From IMG/VR virus record IMGVR_UViG_3300011113_000787, positions 1 to 47,268 of that record: a stretch of 47,268 nt of DNA. One strand, given 5' to 3'. Of the stretch, positions 25,113-35,143 are shown one piece after another; the stretch's first letter is position 1, and every line of letters starts with the position of its first letter. The position numbers and the translations under genes are program-made. The notes under the pieces are model-generated. The model was not told where the DNA came from. It saw only the letters and a list, made by a program, of their open reading frames with translations, and ran no database searches. The stretch comes from a virus (lineage: Duplodnaviria; Heunggongvirae; Uroviricota; Caudoviricetes).

Positions 25113-25379
25113 TTATAAAAGTCTTTGGAACACTCTTTCAAAATATTGTTCTTCTTCGTTGGTTAAAGAATAATATTTTGATTTTAGTTGTTCAATTTTT
25201 TGTTCAAATTCTATTTCACCGTAACCTCTTGGTTTGATAGAGGGTTTAACTTCTTTCTTTTCATTGAGTAATTCTTTTGGTAAATGCCCATCCTCAACAA
25301 GGGCTTTTATCAAATCTTTGATGTCCCACTTTGTACAGTTCATCAAAAAATCATCAACATCTATATCAATACTTGGCAT
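25113..25379 (-). CDS. hypothetical protein
   Basis: Start likely at MPSIDI, after the lipoprotein stop. Confidence 0.7.
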   Translation of the reverse strand: MPSIDIDVDDFLMNCTKWDIKDLIKALVEDGHLPKELLNEKKEVKPSIKPRGYGEIEFEQKIEQLKSKYYSLTNEEEQYFERVFQRLL

Positions 25380-25389
25380 AAAACAAATT

Positions 25390-26130
25390 TTAGTTTCCGT
25401 TACCTCTAATGTAAAGGTCTTTTGTTGAATCAAAATTTAATCTGAATCCTGTGTTAGGATAAGTCGTATAAAGACGGTAGAGTCCTTTAGGAATCCTGTT
25501 ACCTTGATAGTTTATTGTATACCCATACATAACACTATTTGTGGTATAATTTGTTCCTGTTCTTATTCCATTAGTCACAAGGTTGTTTCCGACCTTTTCA
25601 TAGACAAATACATTCTTTTGTCTTTTGGTATCGTTAGACATGGCACTCACAGGTATTAGAATATTAACCCATCCCATACCAATTACAGTATTTTTTGGGA
25701 CTTTGATTGTAGTAAAATTGAAAGCTGTCTTTTGATTTCCATGTTCATCAACACCACCACTAGTTTGTGGAATTTCTGCAGTAAAAATATTTGGTAATCT
25801 ACCATCAACCCAATGTGGCATATCAAAATAAAATTGAACGTTATGTTGGATTGCACTTCCAGGTCCTACAAAAAAACCTAAAAATTTGTATTGTGAAAGA
25901 GGGGACTGAGTCACACTATCTTTGAGGTATTTTGATACCATAGTGAACTTAGAATGGGGTTCAATAAACACGTAAGCGGTGTTGGTTTGGGTTGTACGTG
26001 CAGAGGTCATCCAATTATTGGATGTTGATTCGATTTGAGTCTCAGGTAGAGAAAACACTGGGAGTTCTTCCTTAACACATGAGCTCAAAAACAAAATCGA
26101 AATCAGTAAAATTGATGTAAGTTTTTTCAT
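25390..26130 (-). CDS. lipoprotein
   Basis: MKKLTSILLISILFLSSC lipobox; TACCTTTG box at 26153-26160. Confidence 0.8.
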   Translation of the reverse strand: MKKLTSILLISILFLSSCVKEELPVFSLPETQIESTSNNWMTSARTTQTNTAYVFIEPHSKFTMVSKYLKDSVTQSPLSQYKFLGFFVGPGSAIQHNVQFYFDMPHWVDGRLPNIFTAEIPQTSGGVDEHGNQKTAFNFTTIKVPKNTVIGMGWVNILIPVSAMSNDTKRQKNVFVYEKVGNNLVTNGIRTGTNYTTNSVMYGYTINYQGNRIPKGLYRLYTTYPNTGFRLNFDSTKDLYIRGNGN

Positions 26131-26204
26131 TTTTTTCTAAGTTTTATTTTTACAAAGGTAACAAAGAATTTGATTTCCAAAAAAATTTTTCGATATTTAT
26201 TTTT

Positions 26205-26312
26205 ATGATGATTTTAGACAATAAAAATACGTGTCTTTTGGGAACTTCAAGTTCATATGAGAACCTTTGGGTGATGAAACGCTGGATACCCCGAACCATA
26301 AACTATTGCTAA
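26205..26312 (+). CDS. 35-aa micro-ORF MMILDNKNTCLLGTSSSYENLWVMKRWIPRTINYC
   Basis: Manual translation; TATTTAT at 26194-26200 and terminator 26326-26356. Confidence 0.4.
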   Translation: MMILDNKNTCLLGTSSSYENLWVMKRWIPRTINYC

Positions 26313-26325
26313 AATGTTCAATATC

Positions 26326-26356
26326 AAAGGGGTCAATAGACCCCTTTTGTTTTTTT
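26326..26356 (+). terminator. intrinsic terminator
   Basis: AAAGGGGTC/GACCCCTTT plus T-tract. Confidence 0.8.
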
Positions 26357-26390
26357 AAGTAAAATAAACTAAATTTGCAAAAAAATACCT

Positions 26391-26879
26391 ATGGGTGATG
26401 TATTAGTATTAAATTTTGATTATACCCCGTTGAATGTAACTACAATTCGACGAGGATTTGTTTTAGTAGATAAAGGTAAAGCCGAAATTGTTAAGTCAGA
26501 TGAAACTCCAATAATTGCTGGTTTCAAAACATATGTGCGCCCTGTAATCATCAGACTTCTGAAATACATCAAACATTTCACAAGAACTCTTCGTGCCAAT
26601 AGAAACAGAATATACAAAAGAGACAACCACCAATGTGTATATTGCGGTTCAAACAAACATCTAACTTTGGACCACGTTATACCTAAATCAAGGGGAGGAA
26701 AAAATGATTGGGATAATCTTGTTACCTCTTGTTTCAAATGTAATTTAAAGAAGTCTAATAGAACCCCTGAAGAAGCAAGGATGTCTATGAGACACAAGCC
26801 ATTTGCCCCTACATTAGTTGGTGAAAACGTAATTGTGAGTAAAGTTTGGGAAGACTATCAAAAATCATTCATTTATTAA
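26391..26879 (+). CDS. HNH endonuclease (McrA/HNH_5-like)
   Basis: VLVLNFDYTPL, IYKRDNHQCVYCG, LTLDHVIPKSRGG and WDNLVTSCFKCNLKK. Confidence 0.9.
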   Translation: MGDVLVLNFDYTPLNVTTIRRGFVLVDKGKAEIVKSDETPIIAGFKTYVRPVIIRLLKYIKHFTRTLRANRNRIYKRDNHQCVYCGSNKHLTLDHVIPKSRGGKNDWDNLVTSCFKCNLKKSNRTPEEARMSMRHKPFAPTLVGENVIVSKVWEDYQKSFIY

Positions 26880-26896
26880 TAAAACAATTTATAATT

Positions 26897-27211
26897 ATGA
26901 AGATGAACTCCGAGAAAAAAATAAGGATTGCATTCACCATAACGGTCTTAGCGTTACTGTGGGCACTTATTCGTATGGAACAGTATAAAAGTTTAAGTGA
27001 AAAAACACCTATCGAAGTAATTGGTGGAGGTGATATTTCTAAAGCCCAAACAATTGATTCACTTCAACACGTTATTGATTCACTCTACATGGAAAATTTT
27101 CCATGCCAAGTAGAATTGGGTAGATACCAAGTCGCCTTCCAAATTTTTATGGAAAGAAATCCAAAAGCCGCGTCTCAATATGGAGACATAATTTCTGAAG
27201 AAACTGAATAA
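26897..27211 (+). CDS. N-terminally membrane-anchored hypothetical protein
   Basis: Hydrophobic helix near the N-terminus; start at an internal Met. Confidence 0.65.
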   Translation: MKMNSEKKIRIAFTITVLALLWALIRMEQYKSLSEKTPIEVIGGGDISKAQTIDSLQHVIDSLYMENFPCQVELGRYQVAFQIFMERNPKAASQYGDIISEETE

Positions 27212-27213
27212 AA

Positions 27214-27483
27214 ATGCAAGAAAATCAAACAAACCCAGCAGAAAATCATCAAGATTTATTAAACGCATCTTTAATATTTGCAAGAGCTTTGAGTCTTATA
27301 CTTGAAGATAGTCAAGGTATAGTTGTAGACATTCAAGGTGGTATTGAAGTAGAGTCGGATGTTGAAAAAGTAATCGTATTCAAACATCAAGACCAAGTTC
27401 ACATTTATAAATGTGAGGATGACTTAGTTGAAGGTACAGCTGTAAGAATGTCTAATATTGAAGATAATTCTGAACAAAAATAA
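27214..27483 (+). CDS. hypothetical protein
   Basis: 89-aa ORF in an apparent operon. Confidence 0.7.
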   Translation: MQENQTNPAENHQDLLNASLIFARALSLILEDSQGIVVDIQGGIEVESDVEKVIVFKHQDQVHIYKCEDDLVEGTAVRMSNIEDNSEQK

Positions 27484-27488
27484 CATAC

Positions 27489-29159
27489 ATGAGAGTATTA
27501 GGTTTTTCTGTCGGTCACGACAAGGGAGCTGTTATTATTGAAAACGGCAAGATTTTAATTGGTATAACACAAGAAAGACTTTCAAGAGTGAAGCACGATG
27601 GCGCTCACGTTGGTGGTCTTATTCCTACTGAATCAATTAAATATTGTCTTAATAATACCTCACTTACTTTTAAGGACATTGATTTGTGGGTTTATAGTAC
27701 CACAGAGGAAGTTGATGATGTTATCGAAAAATTCTTTAAAGAATTAAAATACGACATTTCTCAAAAACATGAATTTATTCCCCATCACTTAGCACACGCT
27801 TATTCAACATTTTTCAGCTCGGGATTTGATGATGCCGTAGTTGTAGTTGCAGATGCGTCTGGTAGTATTCTTAATGAACGTAATAGACTTCATGAATGGT
27901 ACCCAAATGTCTCAAACGAAGGGCTTAAGGAAGGAGAATCATGGACTGAAGGAATATCAATTTTTGATTTTACAAAGAAAGAACAAAATGAGGTATACAA
28001 GAAGTGGATTAAGTACCCTGTACCTATCGATACAAATGAAGGTGTTTCAGTTGGTACTGTTTATTCTTTGGGTTCTTTACAATTAATATATGAACCTCAA
28101 AGCCACACTTGGCCAGCGGGTAAGCTTATGGGTTTAGCGTCATATGCAGATAAGGATATTGTTGCTGAAGCTCCTGAATATACTGTTTGGACTGATGACG
28201 GTGATATTCTTATACCTAATAACACAATCTACCCAAGAGTAACGTACGACGCAGACTTTTTCTCAAGAGCTTGTGTCGCAGGAATTTATCAAAGAGAACA
28301 AGAAAGAGTTTCTCTAATGTTAGCTGAACTCGGAAAAAAATTAACCAAATCCAAAAATATTTGTGTTGCGGGAGGTTCATTTCTGAATTGTAATTCCAAC
28401 GAACAAATTCTTAATTCAGGTTTGTATGAAAATTGTTACTTCCTACCACCATCCGATGATTCGGGTATTCCTTTGGGTTGTGCGTGGTATGGATATCAAT
28501 TGGTAAGTCCAATAAATAAAGTAGAACCTTTATCCCCTTATCTCGGTAAGATTTATTCAGATAAGGAAATCGCAGAATCCATTAATGAATATACTAATTT
28601 AGAGTTTGTTAAATATGAAAATTTTGACGACCTAATTGAAGAAGTATCATTCCTTTTAAATCAAAATAGAGTTATTGGATGGTTTCAGAATGGTTCAGAA
28701 ATAGGACCAAGAGCTTTGGGTAATCGTTCAATTTTGGCTTCTCCTATACAAAAATGGATGACTGGTTATATAAACTCCGATATTAAGAAAAGAGAATGGT
28801 ATAGACCTTTCGCACCTGCTGTTCTATTCGAACATCAATCTGAAATATTCGAATCGGATGTCTACTCCCCATACATGCTTGTAACAACTTCAGTAAAAGA
28901 AGAGTGGAGAAATAAAATCCCCGCAGTTACACACATAGATTACTCAGCCAGACATCAGTCTGTAACTGAAGAATCGAATCCAAGATTTTATAAATTAATA
29001 AACGCATTCTATAACAAAACTGGTGTTCCTGTACTCTTGAATACGAGTTTCAATGGACCACATGAGCCGATAGTTGAGTCTCCATCAGACGCAATCAAAA
29101 CAATGTTCAGTTGTAAATTGGACTTCCTTGTTATAGGAAATATTCTTATCAAGAGATAA
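27489..29159 (+). CDS. carbamoyltransferase (NodU/CmcH family)
   Basis: GHDKGA, ERLSRVKH, HHLAHAYS, GKLMGLASY, GPRALGNRS, REWYRPFAP and LLNTSFN. Confidence 0.92.
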   Translation: MRVLGFSVGHDKGAVIIENGKILIGITQERLSRVKHDGAHVGGLIPTESIKYCLNNTSLTFKDIDLWVYSTTEEVDDVIEKFFKELKYDISQKHEFIPHHLAHAYSTFFSSGFDDAVVVVADASGSILNERNRLHEWYPNVSNEGLKEGESWTEGISIFDFTKKEQNEVYKKWIKYPVPIDTNEGVSVGTVYSLGSLQLIYEPQSHTWPAGKLMGLASYADKDIVAEAPEYTVWTDDGDILIPNNTIYPRVTYDADFFSRACVAGIYQREQERVSLMLAELGKKLTKSKNICVAGGSFLNCNSNEQILNSGLYENCYFLPPSDDSGIPLGCAWYGYQLVSPINKVEPLSPYLGKIYSDKEIAESINEYTNLEFVKYENFDDLIEEVSFLLNQNRVIGWFQNGSEIGPRALGNRSILASPIQKWMTGYINSDIKKREWYRPFAPAVLFEHQSEIFESDVYSPYMLVTTSVKEEWRNKIPAVTHIDYSARHQSVTEESNPRFYKLINAFYNKTGVPVLLNTSFNGPHEPIVESPSDAIKTMFSCKLDFLVIGNILIKR

Positions 29160-29163
29160 CTTA

Positions 29164-30759
29164 ATGAGTACAATATATGGATTTTTTGGTGGCTCACACA
29201 GTCCTTCCACGTCATTTATAAAAGACGGTGAGATAATTTGTTGTATAGAAGAAGAAAGAATCACAAGAATCAAAGCTGGTGATAATTTCGATTGTGTGGC
29301 GGAGCTGAGTTCAAAAGAAGTAGAAAAAATAACGGGAGTTCCAATCAAGGAAGCCGACCATAGAGTATTTGTTGAACCCGTCACTGATGCATTTGCCAAC
29401 AGGTTAACAAACTTCAATTATGATAGGGTAAGTCATCACGACGCACATTGTTATGGGGCTTATTTCACAAGTGGTTTTGAAGGTAAAGCACTCAGTATTT
29501 CATACGATGGTGGTGGAGATAAGTCAGTAATGAAAATTTATTTATGTGAGGACGGCAAAATGACTTTAGCCCACTCATATGATATGTGTTCAACAGGTAG
29601 TTTAGCACATCTTTGGGCGTTCTCAGTTAGCACCATTAAGGGTTACGACCAAGATGGTGAAAGTATTTGGAGAATGTGTAAAGATGAAGGGAAATTGATG
29701 GGTATGGCACCCGATGGTGAATACGATGAAAATTTCTATAGAATATTAAAGTCTTTAATCGATTACAAGGAACTACGTTTTTTCCCAAATGATACTGGTA
29801 ACAAAACAAGATTCGTAGTAGAAACAATGCACAGACTTGGTTGGTTCGATGACCACAAAAACATAGAGAAATTTTCCTACAATCTTCAAAAAATCACTGA
29901 AGATTTGATGTTGAATTTCTTCAACGACTTACATAATAAATTTCCTGAATACACTAAATTGTGTCTATCGGGAGGATTATTCGCCAACGTAAAATTGAAC
30001 CAAAAAATAAATCAACTATCATGGGTTGATGAAATTTTTGTTTTTCCTGCAATGGGGGACGAAGGATTAAGTTTGGGTGCTTGTATAATCAAAGCACATC
30101 AGCTTGGTGAAATTACAAAACCATTCAAATTGAAAAATGTATTTTTTGGTAAGCAGTATTCTAATAGACAAATAATTGATGCTTCAGAAAAATACTCTGT
30201 TGTATACGAAAAATACCAACCATCAGAAATTGCAAAAGCAATTCACAATGGTGAAATTGTAGGTTGGTTCCAACATGGATTTGAATTTGGTCCAAGAGCC
30301 TTGGGAGCGAGAAGTATATTGGTAAGACCTACCGACTATGAAACTCATAGAAAACTTAACAAACGTCTCAAAAGACACGACTCGATGCCTTTCGCACCGA
30401 TAGTCATGGAAGAATTTTTTGATGAGCTTTTTGTTGAGTCAAAATCAAAATACTCATCTGAGTTTATGACCCTGTGTTTTCAAACCAAAGATGAATGGAT
30501 TGAAAAAATTCCAGCAGTTATCCAAAAGTCAGATAAAACAGCCCGACCACAATTGGTAAAAAAACAAAACAACCCAATGTTTTGGGAAATATTGAATGAA
30601 TATCATAAAATTTCAGGTATACCTGTTTTACTTAACACATCTTTCAATACCCACAACGAACCAATAATAGATAAACCCGACCATGCGTTTCCAAAACTCA
30701 TGGACGGTACATTAGATAAACTTATAATAGGCGAATATGTTTTTTCAAGTAGGAAATGA
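29164..30759 (+). CDS. second carbamoyltransferase (NodU/CmcH family)
   Basis: EERITRIK, HHDAHC, EGKLMGMA, GPRALGARS, PFAP and LLNTSFN. Confidence 0.9.
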   Translation: MSTIYGFFGGSHSPSTSFIKDGEIICCIEEERITRIKAGDNFDCVAELSSKEVEKITGVPIKEADHRVFVEPVTDAFANRLTNFNYDRVSHHDAHCYGAYFTSGFEGKALSISYDGGGDKSVMKIYLCEDGKMTLAHSYDMCSTGSLAHLWAFSVSTIKGYDQDGESIWRMCKDEGKLMGMAPDGEYDENFYRILKSLIDYKELRFFPNDTGNKTRFVVETMHRLGWFDDHKNIEKFSYNLQKITEDLMLNFFNDLHNKFPEYTKLCLSGGLFANVKLNQKINQLSWVDEIFVFPAMGDEGLSLGACIIKAHQLGEITKPFKLKNVFFGKQYSNRQIIDASEKYSVVYEKYQPSEIAKAIHNGEIVGWFQHGFEFGPRALGARSILVRPTDYETHRKLNKRLKRHDSMPFAPIVMEEFFDELFVESKSKYSSEFMTLCFQTKDEWIEKIPAVIQKSDKTARPQLVKKQNNPMFWEILNEYHKISGIPVLLNTSFNTHNEPIIDKPDHAFPKLMDGTLDKLIIGEYVFSSRK

Positions 30760-31378
30760 GAAGATAGTTTTGGATTTCAATGATGGAATCACGGTCAGAG
30801 TTGGGGGACCTGATATAACCTATTTTGTCGAGTGTGTCGAATACAAAGGTTCTGACCATCAGCCAGTCACATTGGAAAGTTTTCACGTCACAACTAATTG
30901 TGATTGGCCACAAAAACAATTCAGAGTTCCTATAGAATTCTATATGGACTTCGAAATCAAAATATACAGATTTGACCCAATATACGGTCTAAAGTTGATT
31001 TTCAATCACAGATATAATGACTATGACCAACTTGTTAGGTTTATTGTCGATACTGATGACTTAGATGAAGCAAAAATTTGGTTAAGTAAAATCAGAGAAT
31101 ACCAAAGAAAAAATCTTTGTAAGATTCAAGTTTTTTCCAAATTTCAAGAAATTGACTCCGCTTCGGATACTAGATTTCAAACAAGAGATTTGACCCCTTA
31201 CAAAACATATAAACTTGGTAGATTTCCTAAGAATTCATCTGATTGGAAAACAATCGACCCAAGAAAAGAGGGTTTGATTTGGCTAGGTCACTGGAAAACT
31301 ATTTGGTCATATCAACATCCAAGAATTTGGAAAAACCTTTCGTCCGAAGAAATTGTTAATGATATTTTGGGATTGTAA
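30737..31378 (+). CDS. hypothetical protein
   Basis: 213-aa ORF directly after the second carbamoyltransferase. Confidence 0.7.
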   Translation: MFFQVGNEKIVLDFNDGITVRVGGPDITYFVECVEYKGSDHQPVTLESFHVTTNCDWPQKQFRVPIEFYMDFEIKIYRFDPIYGLKLIFNHRYNDYDQLVRFIVDTDDLDEAKIWLSKIREYQRKNLCKIQVFSKFQEIDSASDTRFQTRDLTPYKTYKLGRFPKNSSDWKTIDPRKEGLIWLGHWKTIWSYQHPRIWKNLSSEEIVNDILGL

Positions 31379-31414
31379 CATTTATTTCCTAATTTTGTTA
31401 CAAACAAATCATTT

Positions 31415-32092
31415 ATGGATATCGGAAAAGAATTTACATCTTATTACACAAAACATTTAGGAAAAGGTTCTTTGGACCTTCATTATTTCGGACAACAAAT
31501 TCAGTCGTCCATGACCCCTTATATCTTGGAGGAAAGAGAAATGAGAGCAACTCAGATTGATATCTTTTCTCGTTTGATGAGAGATAGGATTATATGGGTA
31601 GCGGGAGGTGTCGACGACAGGATGTCCACAATAGTTCAGGCTCAACTTATGTTTTTGGATAATGCCGAAAAAACCGACATTACCATGCACATCGATTCAC
31701 CAGGTGGTTCTGTTAAATCAGGTCTATCTATGGTCGATGTTATGAACTACATCTCATGTGATATCATCACAGTGAATACAGGTATGGCGGCATCTATGGG
31801 GTCGATTCTATTGGGTGCAGGAACTAAAGGTAAAAGGAGCTCATTGAGATTTTCAAGAACCATGTTGCATCAATCATCAGGGGGTTTTGGTGGGAATATT
31901 CAAGACGCCGAAATTAGTATGAAGGAATGGCACAAACTGAATGATATCTTATTCCAACTTTTGGGTGAATATTGTGGTAAAGACCCTGAACAAGTTAAAC
32001 AAGATGCGACAAGGGATTTGTGGTTAGATTCTGAACAAGCATTAGAGTACGGAATTATTGATACTATCGTAAAAACAAAAAAGAAGGGTTAA
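31415..32092 (+). CDS. clpP: ATP-dependent Clp protease proteolytic subunit
   Basis: DIFSRLMRDRII, IDSPGGSV, GMAASMG (Ser), MLHQ (His), RDLW (Asp); TAATTTTG box at 31390-31397. Confidence 0.95.
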   Translation: MDIGKEFTSYYTKHLGKGSLDLHYFGQQIQSSMTPYILEEREMRATQIDIFSRLMRDRIIWVAGGVDDRMSTIVQAQLMFLDNAEKTDITMHIDSPGGSVKSGLSMVDVMNYISCDIITVNTGMAASMGSILLGAGTKGKRSSLRFSRTMLHQSSGGFGGNIQDAEISMKEWHKLNDILFQLLGEYCGKDPEQVKQDATRDLWLDSEQALEYGIIDTIVKTKKKG

Positions 32093-32107
32093 ACCCTTCT
32101 TTTTTTT
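32077..32107. terminator. bidirectional terminator after clpP
   Basis: AAAAAAGAAGGGT/ACCCTTCTTTTTT. Confidence 0.8.
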
Positions 32108-32150
32108 TAGACCTTAGAACACCCCCTTTTGTTCTTTAGATTTATGTAGG

Positions 32151-32831
32151 TTAACTAGCTCCTACCAGCTCTTTTCCTTTATCTAAAATATCACTACCCT
32201 TACCTTTAATTTTATTAAGAACATTTTCGGCGTTACCTGAATACTTGTCGAATAATCCACAAACACCTTCAGATAGTTTTTCCTCTAAACTACTAACGAA
32301 TGTGGTCTCTTTAATTGCCCCACCAAGAACGTTTCTAAGAATTGAATGTCCTTTACCCTCAAGACCTTGAGCTCTTTGTAACATTACTGCTAATGCCTCC
32401 GCTAAAGATTCTGCAATTAATTTTGTTAATTCTTTACAATCTTTAGTTGCTCGAGCAAGTCTACCAGGGTCAGAAACAATAAAAGATGTTACAAAATCTT
32501 TGAAGTAACCACCTAATCCGAACCATCCTAATATTGACCCTATCAGAGGTTCAACAAAAGCTTGGGTTACCCCGCTTGGTGCTTGTCCGAACAACTTACC
32601 TAAAATCTCACCAAATTGTTCATTGATTAAACCTTTTTGGTCAAGATTTCTTACTTCACTCAAAAATTCAAAAATAACTTTAAGTTTTTTTTCCTCTTCG
32701 AGACTTTGAAATTTTTCCTTTGGACCTAAGATTATTGAAAGTCTGTTCTCAACAATCTTACTTTCGATTAATTGAGAGTTTTTCTTTTGTTTTTCTTCTA
32801 AAAGTTTCTTTCTAATATCTTTTTTCAACAT
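32151..32831 (-). CDS. hypothetical protein, probable virion protein
   Basis: N-terminal LLEE/LIES/IVEN/INEQ motifs; start moved to MLKK. Confidence 0.65.
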   Translation of the reverse strand: MLKKDIRKKLLEEKQKKNSQLIESKIVENRLSIILGPKEKFQSLEEEKKLKVIFEFLSEVRNLDQKGLINEQFGEILGKLFGQAPSGVTQAFVEPLIGSILGWFGLGGYFKDFVTSFIVSDPGRLARATKDCKELTKLIAESLAEALAVMLQRAQGLEGKGHSILRNVLGGAIKETTFVSSLEEKLSEGVCGLFDKYSGNAENVLNKIKGKGSDILDKGKELVGAS

Positions 32832-32835
32832 AATA

Positions 32836-33867
32836 TTATTGTAATCTAAATATTGAATCATCACCTGATGATGTAGGACCTCCTGTTTTTCTACCCATAA
32901 GAGTTTGAATCATATCATCAAATTTTCCTCCACCGATTCCCCATTGACCTTCGAATTCATTTTTACAGAATTGTGCTTGGTCTTTCATACGTTGAACCAA
33001 TCCTCTGTTTGTAATTTGTCTTCCTTTACTTCTTTCGAACTCTTTGAAGAAACGTTGAATAGTTTCTTTACACTCTTTTCTCTTCATTGTCTCACCCTCT
33101 TGCTTATCTTGAAGAATCTTCGGGTCGGCAAGTTTAGGGTCAATGTAAACCAATTGATTAGGTGAGAATAATCCTTCAGGTAAACCTGAATAATTAATCT
33201 TATATAATTCTACGTATTGGTAATTATCTTTTTCAGTATCTGTTGGATTAACTATATATCCATCTTTTCTCAATTTATCAACCCATTGCTTTTTGATATT
33301 TTCTTTATCGTCCATTGTACCTGTCGCAGTACCTTTTTTTCTATAAAGTTTTACATTCCCCACAGGGACCATTTCCCAAATAGTTGAGTTTGATAATTCT
33401 CTTGTGTCCACCCCTTGGGCTCTTAATTCTTCAGTTGTTGCCCATTTATCTTTCTTATATTGAGTAATTAAATATTCATTATTAACTTGGTCCTCAGTTT
33501 TCTTACCGAAGTTAGCCATAGCGGGACATGGTTTAGGTAATGGTCTGACTGCACTAAATTCAGATTGTTGACCGTTTTTACCTGGTTTAACATAGTAATA
33601 AGTGTTATCAGGTCTAATCCTAACCACAATATAACCTTGACCTATCATGGTAGGGTCATTTGCCTTTTTTTGAAATACCCAATTACCACTTCCTACAGGT
33701 GATTCAATCATTCCAAAATAAGGGTCACTACCTTTCTGACCAAAACAACCTGCAGACATCCCAGCCTCAATTATAGCCTTACTGTTATTAGTTTTTTGTT
33801 CAACAATTAATTTATGTTTTTTAAGAATTTCAATTCTTTCTGATTCTTCTACTAAAAAATTTTTCAT
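32836..33867 (-). CDS. hypothetical protein, probable virion protein
   Basis: MKNFLVEESERIEILKKHKLIVEQ leader. Confidence 0.7.
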   Translation of the reverse strand: MKNFLVEESERIEILKKHKLIVEQKTNNSKAIIEAGMSAGCFGQKGSDPYFGMIESPVGSGNWVFQKKANDPTMIGQGYIVVRIRPDNTYYYVKPGKNGQQSEFSAVRPLPKPCPAMANFGKKTEDQVNNEYLITQYKKDKWATTEELRAQGVDTRELSNSTIWEMVPVGNVKLYRKKGTATGTMDDKENIKKQWVDKLRKDGYIVNPTDTEKDNYQYVELYKINYSGLPEGLFSPNQLVYIDPKLADPKILQDKQEGETMKRKECKETIQRFFKEFERSKGRQITNRGLVQRMKDQAQFCKNEFEGQWGIGGGKFDDMIQTLMGRKTGGPTSSGDDSIFRLQ

Positions 33868-33878
33868 TGTAAATATTT

Positions 33879-35111
33879 TTATAATTCCTCGTTACTTGAT
33901 GGTTCAGGTTTCAACGAAGGGTCAATATCTTGTCCCGTTGCTGAACAAATTTTATCAACTTCTGAGTCTCTAAATATTCCATTTAATTCTGGATGTTTTT
34001 CATTCAACTTACTTTCCGTTTTTGGACCAAATTTTCCATCTTGTGATAGTCCACCTAAACATCCTTGTACTTTTGCAATTACATCTGATTTACAACCTTT
34101 CCTATAAACACCTGAGCACGATTGAAATGAAGGTCTTGGACTTGGGTCTGGACTTGGGTTTGGACTTGGTGTAGTTCCTGAATCCAAATCTACCTCCACA
34201 GGTCCCAAATTTATATTTCCTAAATCAGCTTGTTCTCTGACCAATTTTTTTTTTATACTCTCAGATACAGTTACTTTTGTATTATCAGAACCTGAACAAA
34301 CAAGTTTCTTGCCTGTCCATTTGTGTGTGTCCGCAGTATATATTCTACCATTTTGTAAAACATGGAACTGTTTCAGTTGTCCTTTAACTTTGAAGTTAAC
34401 TGCAACATATGTGTTTCCAAATTCATCAGTTTCAATCGAAAGCGGCATAACAAAAGATTTAGTCACTTCCAAACAAGGGAAGTTTTCAATCCACCAGTTA
34501 TCATTTGCTGTTTCCGCATCTCTAATTTTCAAATTACCTTTAACTGATTTAGCTAACAAAATCTCAATTACATTAGTAACTTCACCAATCTCAGAAGTAT
34601 TAAGTTCACTAATTAATTCTTCTTCGAATTTGTTTTTACCCATTAATTGTCTAATCTTACAAAAATCACCGAAATTCCCGTTTTTTTCGAGTTCAGATAA
34701 CGCAGTTCTCAAATCTGTAAGACCTGTACCTCCACCAATTCCAAATCCACCAAAAGTCCAATCGAAAGATTTTCTGAATATACCCGCAAGTTTTGTCTGT
34801 TCTTGGGTACTTAATGTTTCTCTTTTTAATTTTTGGGCTTCCGCATTGTTTTTATCACAACCTTTAGAAAGTTCTTTCAATTTTGTCTCTGAGTCTGCAG
34901 TACTATATTCTGCAGCTGCACCACCAGCAGTTCCTAATAGAGCCGCTATTCCAGCTCCGATTGCCCATGCAACCAAAGGAATTGCTTCATTAATTGGTTG
35001 TTTACTTTCTACAACTACTTTATTCTCTGTGTAAGTTTTTGAGGAATCATACTCCATCATTAATTTTATTCTTTGGAGTGCCTCTTCGGGACTATATTTT
35101 GGATGTACCAT
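33879..35111 (-). CDS. probable virion protein with C-terminal peptidoglycan-binding-like domain
   Basis: VIAKVQGCL...QDGKFGPKTE motif after a PSP linker; hydrophobic/Ala-Gly segment near the N-terminus; TATTTATA upstream. Confidence 0.65.
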   Translation of the reverse strand: MVHPKYSPEEALQRIKLMMEYDSSKTYTENKVVVESKQPINEAIPLVAWAIGAGIAALLGTAGGAAAEYSTADSETKLKELSKGCDKNNAEAQKLKRETLSTQEQTKLAGIFRKSFDWTFGGFGIGGGTGLTDLRTALSELEKNGNFGDFCKIRQLMGKNKFEEELISELNTSEIGEVTNVIEILLAKSVKGNLKIRDAETANDNWWIENFPCLEVTKSFVMPLSIETDEFGNTYVAVNFKVKGQLKQFHVLQNGRIYTADTHKWTGKKLVCSGSDNTKVTVSESIKKKLVREQADLGNINLGPVEVDLDSGTTPSPNPSPDPSPRPSFQSCSGVYRKGCKSDVIAKVQGCLGGLSQDGKFGPKTESKLNEKHPELNGIFRDSEVDKICSATGQDIDPSLKPEPSSNEEL

Positions 35112-35143
35112 ACTACTGTTTTTTTGTTATAAATATGTTGAAA

